In this document: positions 1-8,709 of the stretch, one piece after another
Layout of the letters: the number at the start of each line of letters is the position of its first letter
Numbering within the stretch: the stretch's first letter is position 1
Assembly: GCA_045651445.1 (NCBI GenBank)
Contig: JAZRSI010000019.1
Span: 1-38,730 of the forward strand
DNA: 38,730 bases
Direction of reading: 5' to 3'
Source: Candidatus Enterousia sp.
GTDB taxonomy: Bacteria; Pseudomonadota; Alphaproteobacteria; Rs-D84
Notes under the pieces: model-generated
Databases searched by the model: none
The model's input: only the letters and a program-made list of their open reading frames with translations
Told to the model about the DNA's origin: nothing
Position numbers and translations under genes: made by a program

Positions 1-863
1 TCTATCAAGTTAGGTGTTGTGGGGCCGTTTTGTTGATTTTGCGTTGAGGTTGTCTTGCAACGCGCTGAATTTGGGTTTTTAAGGCATTCTTTTTCAAGTC
101 TTGCCTGTTCGATTTGTTGATGGCGTTCAAGATATGTCGCTTCGTCTTCGATTTCTATCTGTTGATATGCAGATGAATCTTTGAATGGTTCGTATCCAGC
201 CGCCTTTATCGCCATACGTTCGGTAAATGACAAATCGTCCGCGGTCTTTGGAAACTGGGCCGCCGTCAATTCAGGCGCAGAATACATTTCAGATTGTAAT
301 TCTTGGATTTCGGCACGACGTTGTTCCATATCGCTTTTCCATTCGGGGACCGCAGGTTTCGGAAATTGTACCGTTACGTTATTGCCCATGCCATTTGCGT
401 TCGGGTTTGGCGTGGTCGCCACTGGAAATGTGCCACGTTGTGCCGTCGCCCCCGCGTGCCCGTATTGTTTCCTATATTGCTCAAACGCGGTGTCCAGAAA
501 TCCCGCACAAGATGTTGCGTAATTACCACCAGGTAACCTGGATAATTGCAGCATTACCGCGGGTCTAACATCACTAAGTTGTTTAGAAATGCAATTGTTC
601 ATCGTGGAACATTGGGTGGCAATTAATGTAAAAACAATTGTTTGACAATCAGATGTTTCAACACTGGGACCCAATGCATAAACAGGTGTTGGCATACGTT
701 GATTATATGCCGCGTCCTTGTTATAAAATGGATTTGATGAATATGTTTGAACGTTTTGAATCATACCATAGTCAGAAAAAGGCACCGCACAATGTGCAGA
801 TTGCATAAAATGCCACGAAAGTATGGCAAAAAGCGGTAATAACAACGCTTTGTTTGACTTCAT
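1..863 (-). CDS. Exported hypothetical protein, 3' end runs off the window (absent from ORF track)
   Basis: Manual translation from ATG at 863 (alternative in-frame ATG 875): MKSNKALLLPLFAILSWHFMQSAHC-AVPFSDYGMIQNVQTYSSNPFY..., open to position 1. Signal-peptide-like N-terminus; 6 Cys in the visible mature part. Confidence 0.8.
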   Translation of the reverse strand, partial: MKSNKALLLPLFAILSWHFMQSAHCAVPFSDYGMIQNVQTYSSNPFYNKDAAYNQRMPTPVYALGPSVETSDCQTIVFTLIATQCSTMNNCISKQLSDVRPAVMLQLSRLPGGNYATSCAGFLDTAFEQYRKQYGHAGATAQRGTFPVATTPNPNANGMGNNVTVQFPKPAVPEWKSDMEQRRAEIQELQSEMYSAPELTAAQFPKTADDLSFTERMAIKAAGYEPFKDSSAYQQIEIEDEATYLERHQQIEQARLEKECLKNPNSARCKTTSTQNQQNGPTTPNLI

Positions 864-893
864 TCTCTGTCCCATGGTCTAGATTTTATGTAA

Positions 894-1364
894 TTATATC
901 AAAAAATACAAACCAATGAAAGACAAAAATCCACCTAATAGAAAAAATGGTGCAAATGGTATGTATTTCTGTTTCTTGGCGCGCGCCCATATGGCGCCAG
1001 TAATGCATGCAATAATCAGTGTTATTGCCAAACCGTTTACGCCCAACCATAATCCGCCGACCCCGATTAGTTTTATGTCCCCCATTCCGATAGGACTTAT
1101 TGCATTTGGTTCTTTTTTGCGCATAAAATAGTCAAATAAAAAACCGATAACGGACGCCAGCATATATCCAAATATACCACCAATAACGGCGTCTTGGATT
1201 GTTATTGGGTGTGAAAAAAACGCAACGTTTGTCAGCCCAATTAGCATTAATGGAAACAGGTATGCATCGGGAATAATTCTGCGGCGAAAGTCCGCAATAG
1301 ATATTAATGTCGATAAAATTAGCGCCGTAAGCAGTAAAATAATAAAAAATATGTAGGAAATCAT
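894..1364 (-). CDS. Prepilin peptidase, A24 family, short CpaA/TadV-like form (peptidase domain only)
   Basis: Multi-TM protein with both catalytic Asp motifs (IADFRRRIIPD, GMGDIKL) and C-terminal IPFAPF; lacks the N-terminal CxxC/methylase domain of PilD. Confidence 0.9.
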   Translation of the reverse strand: MISYIFFIILLLTALILSTLISIADFRRRIIPDAYLFPLMLIGLTNVAFFSHPITIQDAVIGGIFGYMLASVIGFLFDYFMRKKEPNAISPIGMGDIKLIGVGGLWLGVNGLAITLIIACITGAIWARAKKQKYIPFAPFFLLGGFLSFIGLYFLI

Positions 1365-1439
1365 ATTTTTCCCCCTTGCCTTTCGATTCGGATATGTGAT
1401 ACACTATGGTATTATAATGTATAACAAGGGTTTTGTAAA

Positions 1440-2006
1440 ATGAGCAAGGGTTGGGATAATATAATGCTGAAAAAATTAAAGGCGTTGACTGGCAAGGGGC
1501 TTTCTACGTCCGAAATTGGCAAGCGTTTGGGAATGTCCAAAAATGCAATTGTTGGAAAATTAAATCGTTTGGGATGGAATGCCAAGGCGGGTGGTGCGGC
1601 GGTTGTGGCGGCACCTGTTGACAAGAAAGCAACGGCAAAAAAAGCAGATAAAAAAACCGTGGCCACACCCAAGAAGGTAACGACCACTAAAAAAGAAACG
1701 CCGGCCAAGAAAGTTGCAACCAAGGTTGCAAACGTTGTGGCAAAACCAAAAAAAGAAGTTAAAACAGAAAAAACTACAAAAGTATCCGCGACCAAGACAG
1801 ATAGTAAAAATCTGGCGATGCACCAACGGATTATTCAACATTCGCTGGAAATGGCAAATTTGAAGCCTAATCAGTGTCGTTGGCCAATTGGGGATCCTGA
1901 TTCTGAACATTTTCATTTTTGTGGCGAAACGGTCTTTGTTGGAAAGCCATATTGCTATGAACACTGCAAGCAGGCGTATCAGTTTGCGCCACCAAAAAAG
2001 AAATAA
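1440..2006 (+). CDS. gcrA: GcrA cell-cycle regulator
   Basis: N-terminal HTH (W...LKAL..KGLSTSEIGKRLGMSKNAIVGKLNRLG) and C-terminal L.PNQCRWPIGDP....FHFCG......PYC..HC..AYQ, both GcrA signatures. Confidence 0.93.
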   Translation: MSKGWDNIMLKKLKALTGKGLSTSEIGKRLGMSKNAIVGKLNRLGWNAKAGGAAVVAAPVDKKATAKKADKKTVATPKKVTTTKKETPAKKVATKVANVVAKPKKEVKTEKTTKVSATKTDSKNLAMHQRIIQHSLEMANLKPNQCRWPIGDPDSEHFHFCGETVFVGKPYCYEHCKQAYQFAPPKKK

Positions 2007-2027
2007 TTATATAAATAGGGAACGTCT

Positions 2028-4226
2028 ATGTCGAACGAGAGAGAGAATTTATTTCAACCATTGACATTCGCAGATTATAATATCGCGGGTAATGTATTTC
2101 GTGCATATTATGACGCAGACAAGAAAATGGTTTTTGTTGTCGATTATTATGTCGATGATTTAAAGCCTAATGTGTTGCTGGTGATAAATCCTGTTGGAAA
2201 TCGCAAGTGGGATGATATCTTGATGAATGATTATGGGGTCGATTTGGAAACCGTTCGTCCCAAGAAAGATAATAAATATCAAAAACTTGATATAGAATAC
2301 ACCGGTTTGGCACAGTATGATGCGTTGGTTCGGGCATATGATGCCGATGAAAGTCTGGATTATGTGTTGGCGCAATTGAATGCATTTCGTCATGATGCGG
2401 CCAAACGTGCGGCAAATGAACGTTTGGGGGCGGCCGAATTAACGATTGAGCGTGCACAGGAAACAATTGAAAAGACCGCGGATACAATTACAGAATTACG
2501 TGATAAGTTAAAAAAACTGCGGGCAAAATTGGCTGATTTACGTCGTGGAATTGGACGCGAGCCAACCAAGCAGTCTGCGGCAAAAATTTTACGAACCGAA
2601 GCGCAGATTGAGGCTACGTCTGAAAAGTTAGAACGTGCAAAAAAACGTATGGAAAGCGCGCAACAACGCTTGGATAGTGCCCAAATAGAAGAAAAAAATG
2701 CGCGTAATATTCTTGGGGCATTGAATAAGATGGGTGTGCCTGCGATGCCAATGGTGGCAGATGTGGCGGTTGTTGAAACGCCTTCTGTGCCGGCGGTACA
2801 GGGCGAAGATGCAACTGATATAATTCCGTTTGATGAAGACATAGACAATGAACCAAAGGCGATGAATATGGCTGATGATGTGAAACCGTTGTTTGACGAA
2901 GATCCAAAAATATTGGATGAAGATATTGCTTTTAAACCGATTAATTTTGAGGCGCCAAAGGTTAGCGAAGATATCGCAGAAGAAGACAACACAGAAGATG
3001 ATGTTGTGGAAGAAGAATATAATACTGCGCCATTGGTTCAACCATTGTCCTTTACGCCGCCTGTATCAATGACGCCGATTGATGAAGAAACCACAGATTA
3101 TGTCGAAGATGTCCCAGCGCCGGTTGTGCGCCCGGTTTTGGATTCTATATCGCCAGTGGATTCGGGGGATGAAAATAACGCCCCTGTGGAGATTGATTCA
3201 GAACTGATGGCGGGATGGAATACACCAGTTGTGGAACCAGAAATCGAAGTTCCTGCCCCAGTTGTTCAGCCGGCGCAAGAAGAAGTGCCTGTTGTGGCGC
3301 CTGTGTCTGAAAGTATGCCAGAAGTTGCGGTTGCGCCTGTGGATTCTGGGTTCAGGCCCGTATCCCCTGTAACGGGTGAGGCACCAGTCCCCCCCGCAGA
3401 TAATGCACAGGGACCACAAAAGCCTACGTTATTGTATTATGTGATGTTGTCTGTTTTGATTGTGTTGTCTATTTTTGCGTTGTGGATGTATCAAAATTCT
3501 GCGAATGATAATACACCTGAATTGCTTTCGAAAACAAATGATGTTGCGGTTGTGGAAACTGTTTCCGAAGATGTTGTGGCCCCTGCCCCAAGTCAGGTGG
3601 AAGTTTCGCAAGAAACACCGTTTATTGATGTTTCTGAACCAGAACCAGTTGTGCAGAATGCGCCTGTTGTGGTGTCTGAACCCGTTGTGCAAGAAGTTAC
3701 GCCAGGACCAGTTGTTGAAGAACCTGTGGTTACACAGCCAGAACCAGAAAATACATCTATTACAGAAGAAGTGGTTGTAGAATCTGAACCTGTGGTAAGT
3801 GCGCCGGTTGAAGTTTCTGAACCAGAACCAGTGGTTGAAGGGCCGATGGTTGAAGAAACGGCAACAATTACAGAAGGTGTAGTTGAACCTGTCGCGGAAC
3901 CAGATGTTGTGGTTGTGCCAGCCAGTGAAGAAGAAGTTTTGGCATTCAAGCCGGAATATAATGTTTCGCAAAATGAAAAAATGTTTGTCGCGGACGAAGG
4001 TTATGGTGTGTCTGATTCTGTGGTGGTTGTCCCAGAAGAATCAAACGATGCGATATACGAACAGGTCGTACAAGAAGAATTTATCGAAGAAGATAAATGT
4101 TCGGATGGAAATCCGCCTGATGAAAATGGGTGTTGTGCGGGTGAAAACCTGATGGATGTCGGTGGAGGTGTTTATCAGTGTTGCGCAGAAAGTACAGGCG
4201 AATGTTTTGATCCAATGCAAATATAA
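2028..4226 (+). CDS. Large bitopic membrane protein: coiled coil, acidic Pro-rich regions, one TM helix, C-terminal 6-Cys domain
   Basis: 732-aa ORF with AGGGA RBS; heptad-rich segment ~aa120-235; TM LLYYVMLSVLIVLSIFALWMY; E/V/P-rich stalk; C-terminus C..CC..CC..C. Confidence 0.85.
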   Translation: MSNERENLFQPLTFADYNIAGNVFRAYYDADKKMVFVVDYYVDDLKPNVLLVINPVGNRKWDDILMNDYGVDLETVRPKKDNKYQKLDIEYTGLAQYDALVRAYDADESLDYVLAQLNAFRHDAAKRAANERLGAAELTIERAQETIEKTADTITELRDKLKKLRAKLADLRRGIGREPTKQSAAKILRTEAQIEATSEKLERAKKRMESAQQRLDSAQIEEKNARNILGALNKMGVPAMPMVADVAVVETPSVPAVQGEDATDIIPFDEDIDNEPKAMNMADDVKPLFDEDPKILDEDIAFKPINFEAPKVSEDIAEEDNTEDDVVEEEYNTAPLVQPLSFTPPVSMTPIDEETTDYVEDVPAPVVRPVLDSISPVDSGDENNAPVEIDSELMAGWNTPVVEPEIEVPAPVVQPAQEEVPVVAPVSESMPEVAVAPVDSGFRPVSPVTGEAPVPPADNAQGPQKPTLLYYVMLSVLIVLSIFALWMYQNSANDNTPELLSKTNDVAVVETVSEDVVAPAPSQVEVSQETPFIDVSEPEPVVQNAPVVVSEPVVQEVTPGPVVEEPVVTQPEPENTSITEEVVVESEPVVSAPVEVSEPEPVVEGPMVEETATITEGVVEPVAEPDVVVVPASEEEVLAFKPEYNVSQNEKMFVADEGYGVSDSVVVVPEESNDAIYEQVVQEEFIEEDKCSDGNPPDENGCCAGENLMDVGGGVYQCCAESTGECFDPMQI

Positions 4227-4253
4227 AAAAATCCCCAAAATGAGGATTTTTTT
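4225..4253. terminator. Bidirectional intrinsic terminator
   Basis: aaaaaaatcc-ccaaaatga-ggattttttt between convergent genes. Confidence 0.7.
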
Positions 4254-5220
4254 ATCGGGCAACCGCGCCACGTAATGCGCTGTGGTGCATATAATCTTTT
4301 AGTTTGAAACCGTTTTCAGCGTGCCAGTTTAACATTCCACGCCAGTTTTCATCGGGAATTTCAACCGTTGGTAATTTATACGGTTTCCTGACCAGTTGTT
4401 CGCAGACTTGTGGAATATGGTTTGTATAAATGTGTGCATCGTGTAATTCGCCCTTTAAGATGTGGGGTTTAAGGCCGGCTTCCTTGGCGTATAATAACAA
4501 TAATAATGCATAACTTGCAATGTTATACGGTATCCCTAAGAACATATCGCATGAACGTTGGGTCCATATTAATGATAATTTCCCATCACGTACAATTAAT
4601 TGATGCATCATGTGGCATGGCGGTAATGCCATTTGTGGCATTGCGGTCGGATTCCAAGCGGATACAATTATTCTGCGGTCGTTTGGATTGTTTTTTAGTT
4701 TGTTGATTGCGTTGGCAACTTGATCGACGCCTGGATTTTTTGGATTAAAATTATCGGTTGGGTCTTTTTCAATGCGTTTTTCGTCCCATTGGTAATCGCC
4801 GCCAAAATGGCGCCATTGGAATCCATATATCGGCCCCAGGTCGCGTTCTTGGTCCATGATTGCGTTGCGGGTGGCGACCTTTATTAAATTATTTGGGGTT
4901 ATGTTTAGGCGTTTTAGTGAATCCATTCGTGCGTTGTATTCTTGTTCAACTTTAATCGGGTTTGCCCATTCGTTCCATATTTTACATTTGCGGTCTTGTA
5001 ACCATTTTTTGTCAGTTATGCCATGTAAGAAAAATTCTAGTTCTGTTGCAATATTTTTTAATCCCATTTTTTTAGTTGTGATAAGTGGAAATCCCGTATT
5101 CATATCGTGAACAAATGTTGCGCCGTACCCAAGACCAATGTCAGGGATGCCTGTGCGATTGTTGCGGGTGTCTTTTGAATTTTTATAAACGTTTTCGAGA
5201 ATATCTAGATATGCTTTCAT
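4252..5220 (-). CDS. thyA: Thymidylate synthase ThyA
   Basis: Motifs FPLITTKK, LGPIYGFQWR, RRIIVSAWNP, LPPCH, QRSCDMFLGIPYNIASY, DAHIYTNH. Confidence 0.97.
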   Translation of the reverse strand: MKAYLDILENVYKNSKDTRNNRTGIPDIGLGYGATFVHDMNTGFPLITTKKMGLKNIATELEFFLHGITDKKWLQDRKCKIWNEWANPIKVEQEYNARMDSLKRLNITPNNLIKVATRNAIMDQERDLGPIYGFQWRHFGGDYQWDEKRIEKDPTDNFNPKNPGVDQVANAINKLKNNPNDRRIIVSAWNPTAMPQMALPPCHMMHQLIVRDGKLSLIWTQRSCDMFLGIPYNIASYALLLLLYAKEAGLKPHILKGELHDAHIYTNHIPQVCEQLVRKPYKLPTVEIPDENWRGMLNWHAENGFKLKDYMHHSALRGAVAR

Positions 5221-5236
5221 ATTATGTCGCCTTTAT

Positions 5237-5269
5237 AAAAAAACGCACCCGTTGGGGTTGGGGTGCGTT
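5237..5269 (-). terminator. Intrinsic terminator downstream of tig
   Basis: aacgcaccc/gggtgcgtt stem with a U-tract on the minus strand. Confidence 0.7.
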
Positions 5270-5276
5270 ATGGTTC

Positions 5277-6584
5277 TTATTTTACAGGTGCTTGTTTGAA
5301 CAAGTCGTCTGCTTTTACTTTCTTTTCCTTGGTTTTTACCTTGGTCAGCATTGCATCCAAGGCCTTGCGTTCAAACAGCATTCCGCGCAACATTGCCACA
5401 GCATTTTGATTCTTGTTATAGAATTCAAATATTTGTTTTGGATCTGGATAACGGGATGCTTCGGCCCAGATGGCTTGTTGCAGGTCATCGCGGGATACTT
5501 CTACTTTGTTTTGTGTACCCCATTCGGCCAATATAAGGCCCAATTTTACACGACGTTCTGCATCTTTGCGTTCTTGTTTTTCGTCCCATTTGTGTTCGCA
5601 TTTCTTGTCGCCACAATGTGAATGGGAACGTTCAAATTCAGATTTTGCCATGTTGTATTCTTGTTCGACCAATGTTTCAGGTAAATCCAATTTTACTTTG
5701 TCGCCCAATACATCCAATAATTCGTTGCGCATATCCCGTTGTGCAACATCCGCATATTGGTCATTCAGGATTTTGCGAATGTGGTCTTTTAATGCATCAA
5801 CGGATTCTTGACCAACTTGTTTTGCCAATTCGTCGTTTAATTCAGGTAGTATGTGTTTGCGAATTTCGTGAATTTCAACCGCAAAACGTGCGTCTTTGCC
5901 AGCCAAGTTTTCAGCGTGGTAATCAGATGGGAATTTTACGTTTACATCAAATTTATCGCCGGTTTTATGACCGATAATTTGATCTTCGAATCCTGGAATA
6001 AATGCGCCAGAACCCAAGATTAAGTGATGTTTTTTCGCCGCGCCGCCTTCGAAAGCATCATCACCGATGAAGCCTGTGAAGTCAATAACCGCTGTGTCGC
6101 CATTGGCCGCCGTGTATTTTTCGTCTTGTTTTTCGGCGGTACTGCGTGATTTGCGGATGTTTTCCAATGCTAAATCAACTTCTTTTTCATCTAGTTCTGC
6201 GACTTTCTTGGTTACAGTGATTTTTTCCAAATCGATTTCAGGTAATGTTGGTAAAATATCAAATTCCAATGAATATTGCGCGTCTTTGCCAATTTCCCAG
6301 CCTTCTAAATCAGCCTTTGGGGCACCTGCCAAGCGGATTTTTTTGTCTGCGATATAATCATTCAAGTCTTGGTTCATGATTTTATCAATAGCTTCGCCAT
6401 ATGCAGATGCATTGTATTTTTGACGCAGAATAGATAATGGTACTTTACCCTGACGGAAACCGGCCATTTTAACCTTCTTGCCGTATTCCATAAGGATTTC
6501 GTCGGCGGCAGCCTGCAATTTGTCCGCAGGGATTTCGCCAGTTACAGAATAATGTAAATCTTTGATTTTTTCTTTTTTGAACAT
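5277..6584 (-). CDS. tig: Trigger factor
   Basis: GFRQGKVP ribosome-binding signature; FKBP domain (IDFTG..FEGG..LGSGAFIPGFEDQIIG..VKFPSDYHAENLAGKDARF). Confidence 0.97.
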   Translation of the reverse strand: MFKKEKIKDLHYSVTGEIPADKLQAAADEILMEYGKKVKMAGFRQGKVPLSILRQKYNASAYGEAIDKIMNQDLNDYIADKKIRLAGAPKADLEGWEIGKDAQYSLEFDILPTLPEIDLEKITVTKKVAELDEKEVDLALENIRKSRSTAEKQDEKYTAANGDTAVIDFTGFIGDDAFEGGAAKKHHLILGSGAFIPGFEDQIIGHKTGDKFDVNVKFPSDYHAENLAGKDARFAVEIHEIRKHILPELNDELAKQVGQESVDALKDHIRKILNDQYADVAQRDMRNELLDVLGDKVKLDLPETLVEQEYNMAKSEFERSHSHCGDKKCEHKWDEKQERKDAERRVKLGLILAEWGTQNKVEVSRDDLQQAIWAEASRYPDPKQIFEFYNKNQNAVAMLRGMLFERKALDAMLTKVKTKEKKVKADDLFKQAPVK

Positions 6585-6618
6585 GTGTTTTCCCCTAATT
6601 AATTAGAATCACCGTCTG

Positions 6619-6646
6619 ATTATACACACATTTTTATTGAAAGCAA
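6619..6646 (-). promoter_or_regulatory. Putative sigma70 promoter of tig
   Basis: Minus strand TTGCTT-N16-TATAAT with an extended -10 TG. Confidence 0.55.
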
Positions 6647-6650
6647 TAAT

Positions 6651-6675
6651 AAAAAAATCCCGCATATGCGGGATT
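6651..6675 (-). terminator. Second terminator downstream of the duplicated rpsI end
   Basis: aatcccgcat/atgcgggatt inverted repeat with a minus-strand U-tract. Confidence 0.7.
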
Positions 6676-6678
6676 GTG

Positions 6679-6835
6679 TTTGTTCATCAAACGTATTAAC
6701 GTTTGCTGATTCCGTTCCCGTGCATTTTTTTTGCACGCCCGGAATGACAAATTGTATTATCCTGTGGATAATACAATAAAAAAACCGTTCCGAAGAACGG
6801 CTTTTTTGTTCATCAAACGTATTAACGTTTGCTGA
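6679..6835. repeat. 31-bp exact direct repeat (6679-6709 and 6805-6835) duplicating the rpsI 3' end; att-like
   Basis: tttgttcatcaaacgtattaacgtttgctga occurs twice, 126 bp apart; the second copy contains the last 14 nt of rpsI including the stop codon. Confidence 0.9.
6778..6807 (-). terminator. rplM-rpsI intrinsic terminator
   Basis: ccgttc-cgaa-gaacgg (UUCG loop on the minus strand) flanked by A/T runs. Confidence 0.8.
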
Positions 6836-7307
6836 ACTGTGTGGAACGACGTGCCTTGCGGTAACCGTAATGCTTACGTTCAACAACGCGGCTATCGCGT
6901 GTCAAGAAGCCAGCGGCCTTTAACGCAGCGCGTAATTCTGGTTCGATTTTTTCCAACGCTTTGGAAATACCGTGTTTTACCGCGCCAGCCTGGCCGGATA
7001 AACCACCACCTTCGACCATTGCAACGATGTCATATGATGTTTCACGTTTTGTTACACCAAATGGTTGTGCAATAATCATCTGTAATACAGCACGACGGAA
7101 GTATTCAGCAGATGGTTTGCCATTAACTGTGATGTTGCCCTTGCCAGGCATTAAATATACGCGTGCAACGGAATCTTTACGTTTACCAGTTGCGTATGTT
7201 GCGTCTCTTAATTTTGGTGTCGCAACAGGTGCCTTCTTTGCAGTTGTTTTCTTTGCAGGGGCAGCCTTTTTAACTGTTTTTGTTGCTGTCTTTTTTGCTT
7301 CTGCCAT
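6822..7307 (-). CDS. rpsI: 30S ribosomal protein S9 with Lys/Ala-rich N-terminal extension
   Basis: [50 protein letters not shown]. Confidence 0.98.
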   Translation of the reverse strand: MAEAKKTATKTVKKAAPAKKTTAKKAPVATPKLRDATYATGKRKDSVARVYLMPGKGNITVNGKPSAEYFRRAVLQMIIAQPFGVTKRETSYDIVAMVEGGGLSGQAGAVKHGISKALEKIEPELRAALKAAGFLTRDSRVVERKHYGYRKARRSTQFSKR

Positions 7308-7780
7308 TATTCGCCCCTTTTGTTTTTACGGTTCAAGCCTGCGAAATCAATAACTTGTGGGTTTTGTGCCGCATGTTTGTGTTCGCTGCCTGCATATACG
7401 TGAAGTTTTGTCAAACGTTGATTTGCCAATGCAACCGCTGTGCGACGACCCATCATACGTTTTACTGCGTTGAAAACCAATTTTTCTGGTTTTTCAGAAC
7501 GCATCTGACCCAATGTGCGAGATTTCAAAGAACCTGTCCACAAAGAGTGCCAGAAGAAACGATCTTTGTCAGCTTTGTGCCCAGACAAAGCAACTTTGTC
7601 TGCGTTGATAATAATAACATGATCACCACAATCCATGTTTGGTGTCCATGTTGGCTTGTGCTTGCCACGCAGGATGTTTGCGGTATATGCCGCCAAACGA
7701 CCCAATGTGCAATCAGTTGCGTCAATCAGATACCATTTGGCATCTAATTCGCACTTTTTTAACGATTTTGTCGCTGCCAT
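7307..7780 (-). CDS. rplM: 50S ribosomal protein L13
   Basis: WYLIDA...LGRLA....[38 protein letters not shown]; TAATG coupling to rpsI. Confidence 0.98.
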   Translation of the reverse strand: MAATKSLKKCELDAKWYLIDATDCTLGRLAAYTANILRGKHKPTWTPNMDCGDHVIIINADKVALSGHKADKDRFFWHSLWTGSLKSRTLGQMRSEKPEKLVFNAVKRMMGRRTAVALANQRLTKLHVYAGSEHKHAAQNPQVIDFAGLNRKNKRGE

Positions 7781-7820
7781 TTTTGTTTTTCCTTGTTGTT
7801 TTATAAATTAAAGCGCGCAC

Positions 7821-7849
7821 ATTATGCCCTAACCCCGCAGAAAAGTCAA
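7821..7849 (-). promoter_or_regulatory. sigma70 promoter of rplM-rpsI
   Basis: Minus strand TTGACT-N17-CATAAT followed by GC-rich discriminator GTGCGCGC. Confidence 0.7.
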
Positions 7850-8116
7850 GGAAAATCTATGCGGTATTATTGTACCGCAATAAACAATAGGGTTGGTCTA
7901 ATAAAACCTGCCTTTTTTTTAGGTATAATATTTGTGTTTGTTCTCGCTTTGAAAATATGCTATAATCAAGGAGTGAGAGAGAATAGTCTTTGCCCAAAAA
8001 GGTGGGTGTTAAGAAATTAAAAGGAAATAGTTCTGATGACAAATGAAGCAATGTAAATATTGGGTAACCAGGATGCTATGCGCAAGATTTAATCAGACAA
8101 ATAAACAAGGAGGCAG

Positions 8117-8677
8117 ATGATGACTAGTTTTATAACATGGCGTGCTAGTGATGTAGAGAAGGCGATTTTGGGTTTGCTACAGCAAATGTTGCCAAATACA
8201 AAAATGCAAGATTTTGAAAAAAAACGTGATATTAGAGAGATAAATCCGCCACGTGATGGGATTGCGTACGCGTGTGAATATCTGCTGGATATGAGAGGTG
8301 TGCATCTGGGAGTGGCGTCGGGCGATATAAAAATTGAACAATATTGGAACAAGGACGGGAATTGCATTGGTTTTATGTTTCAAGGTCAACAATATATGTT
8401 CGATAAGGAAAAATTGCCAGAACAAGCGCGTGATACCATTGTCCAGGCATTTAGAGACGGGCAAAGTCGCATTTTATCCAAAGTTCCTGAAAACAGCGAA
8501 TTGGCAAAATATTTGGAACAATATCCAGATGCAATATTGACACAAGGGTCTGGTGGATGGTCAACGGAATTACCAAAAGATTTATATCCAGATTTGTGGT
8601 CATTCCAAAGGATACAAATGTGGAACAAAGATGGAAAACCAGGACCAGCACTAAAAGGTATGCAAAAAGAAATGTAG
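8117..8677 (+). CDS. Hypothetical protein (186 aa)
   Basis: Strong AAGGAGG RBS, globular composition, terminator directly after TAG; no recognisable family. Confidence 0.8.
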   Translation: MMTSFITWRASDVEKAILGLLQQMLPNTKMQDFEKKRDIREINPPRDGIAYACEYLLDMRGVHLGVASGDIKIEQYWNKDGNCIGFMFQGQQYMFDKEKLPEQARDTIVQAFRDGQSRILSKVPENSELAKYLEQYPDAILTQGSGGWSTELPKDLYPDLWSFQRIQMWNKDGKPGPALKGMQKEM

Positions 8678-8703
8678 AAAAATGCCCCGTTTGGGGCATT
8701 TTT
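8678..8703. terminator. Bidirectional intrinsic terminator
   Basis: aaaaatgcccc-gttt-ggggcattttt between convergent genes. Confidence 0.85.
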
Positions 8704-8709
8704 GTTGTT

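Noticed and set aside
181-568. Plus-strand ORFs 181-522, 227-568 and 303-536
   Set aside because: Shadows of the longer minus-strand gene 863..<1.
2160-4152. Long antisense and alternate-frame ORFs over the 732-aa gene
   Set aside because: Expected from low-complexity codon usage; no RBS or motif support.
6679-6835. CRISPR array interpretation of the palindromic repeat
   Set aside because: Only two copies, a 95-bp structured spacer, one copy is the rpsI end, and no cas genes.
6620-6886. 88-aa ORF with repeated [10 protein letters not shown]
   Set aside because: Translation of the 31-bp DNA repeat and terminators; overlaps rpsI out of frame.
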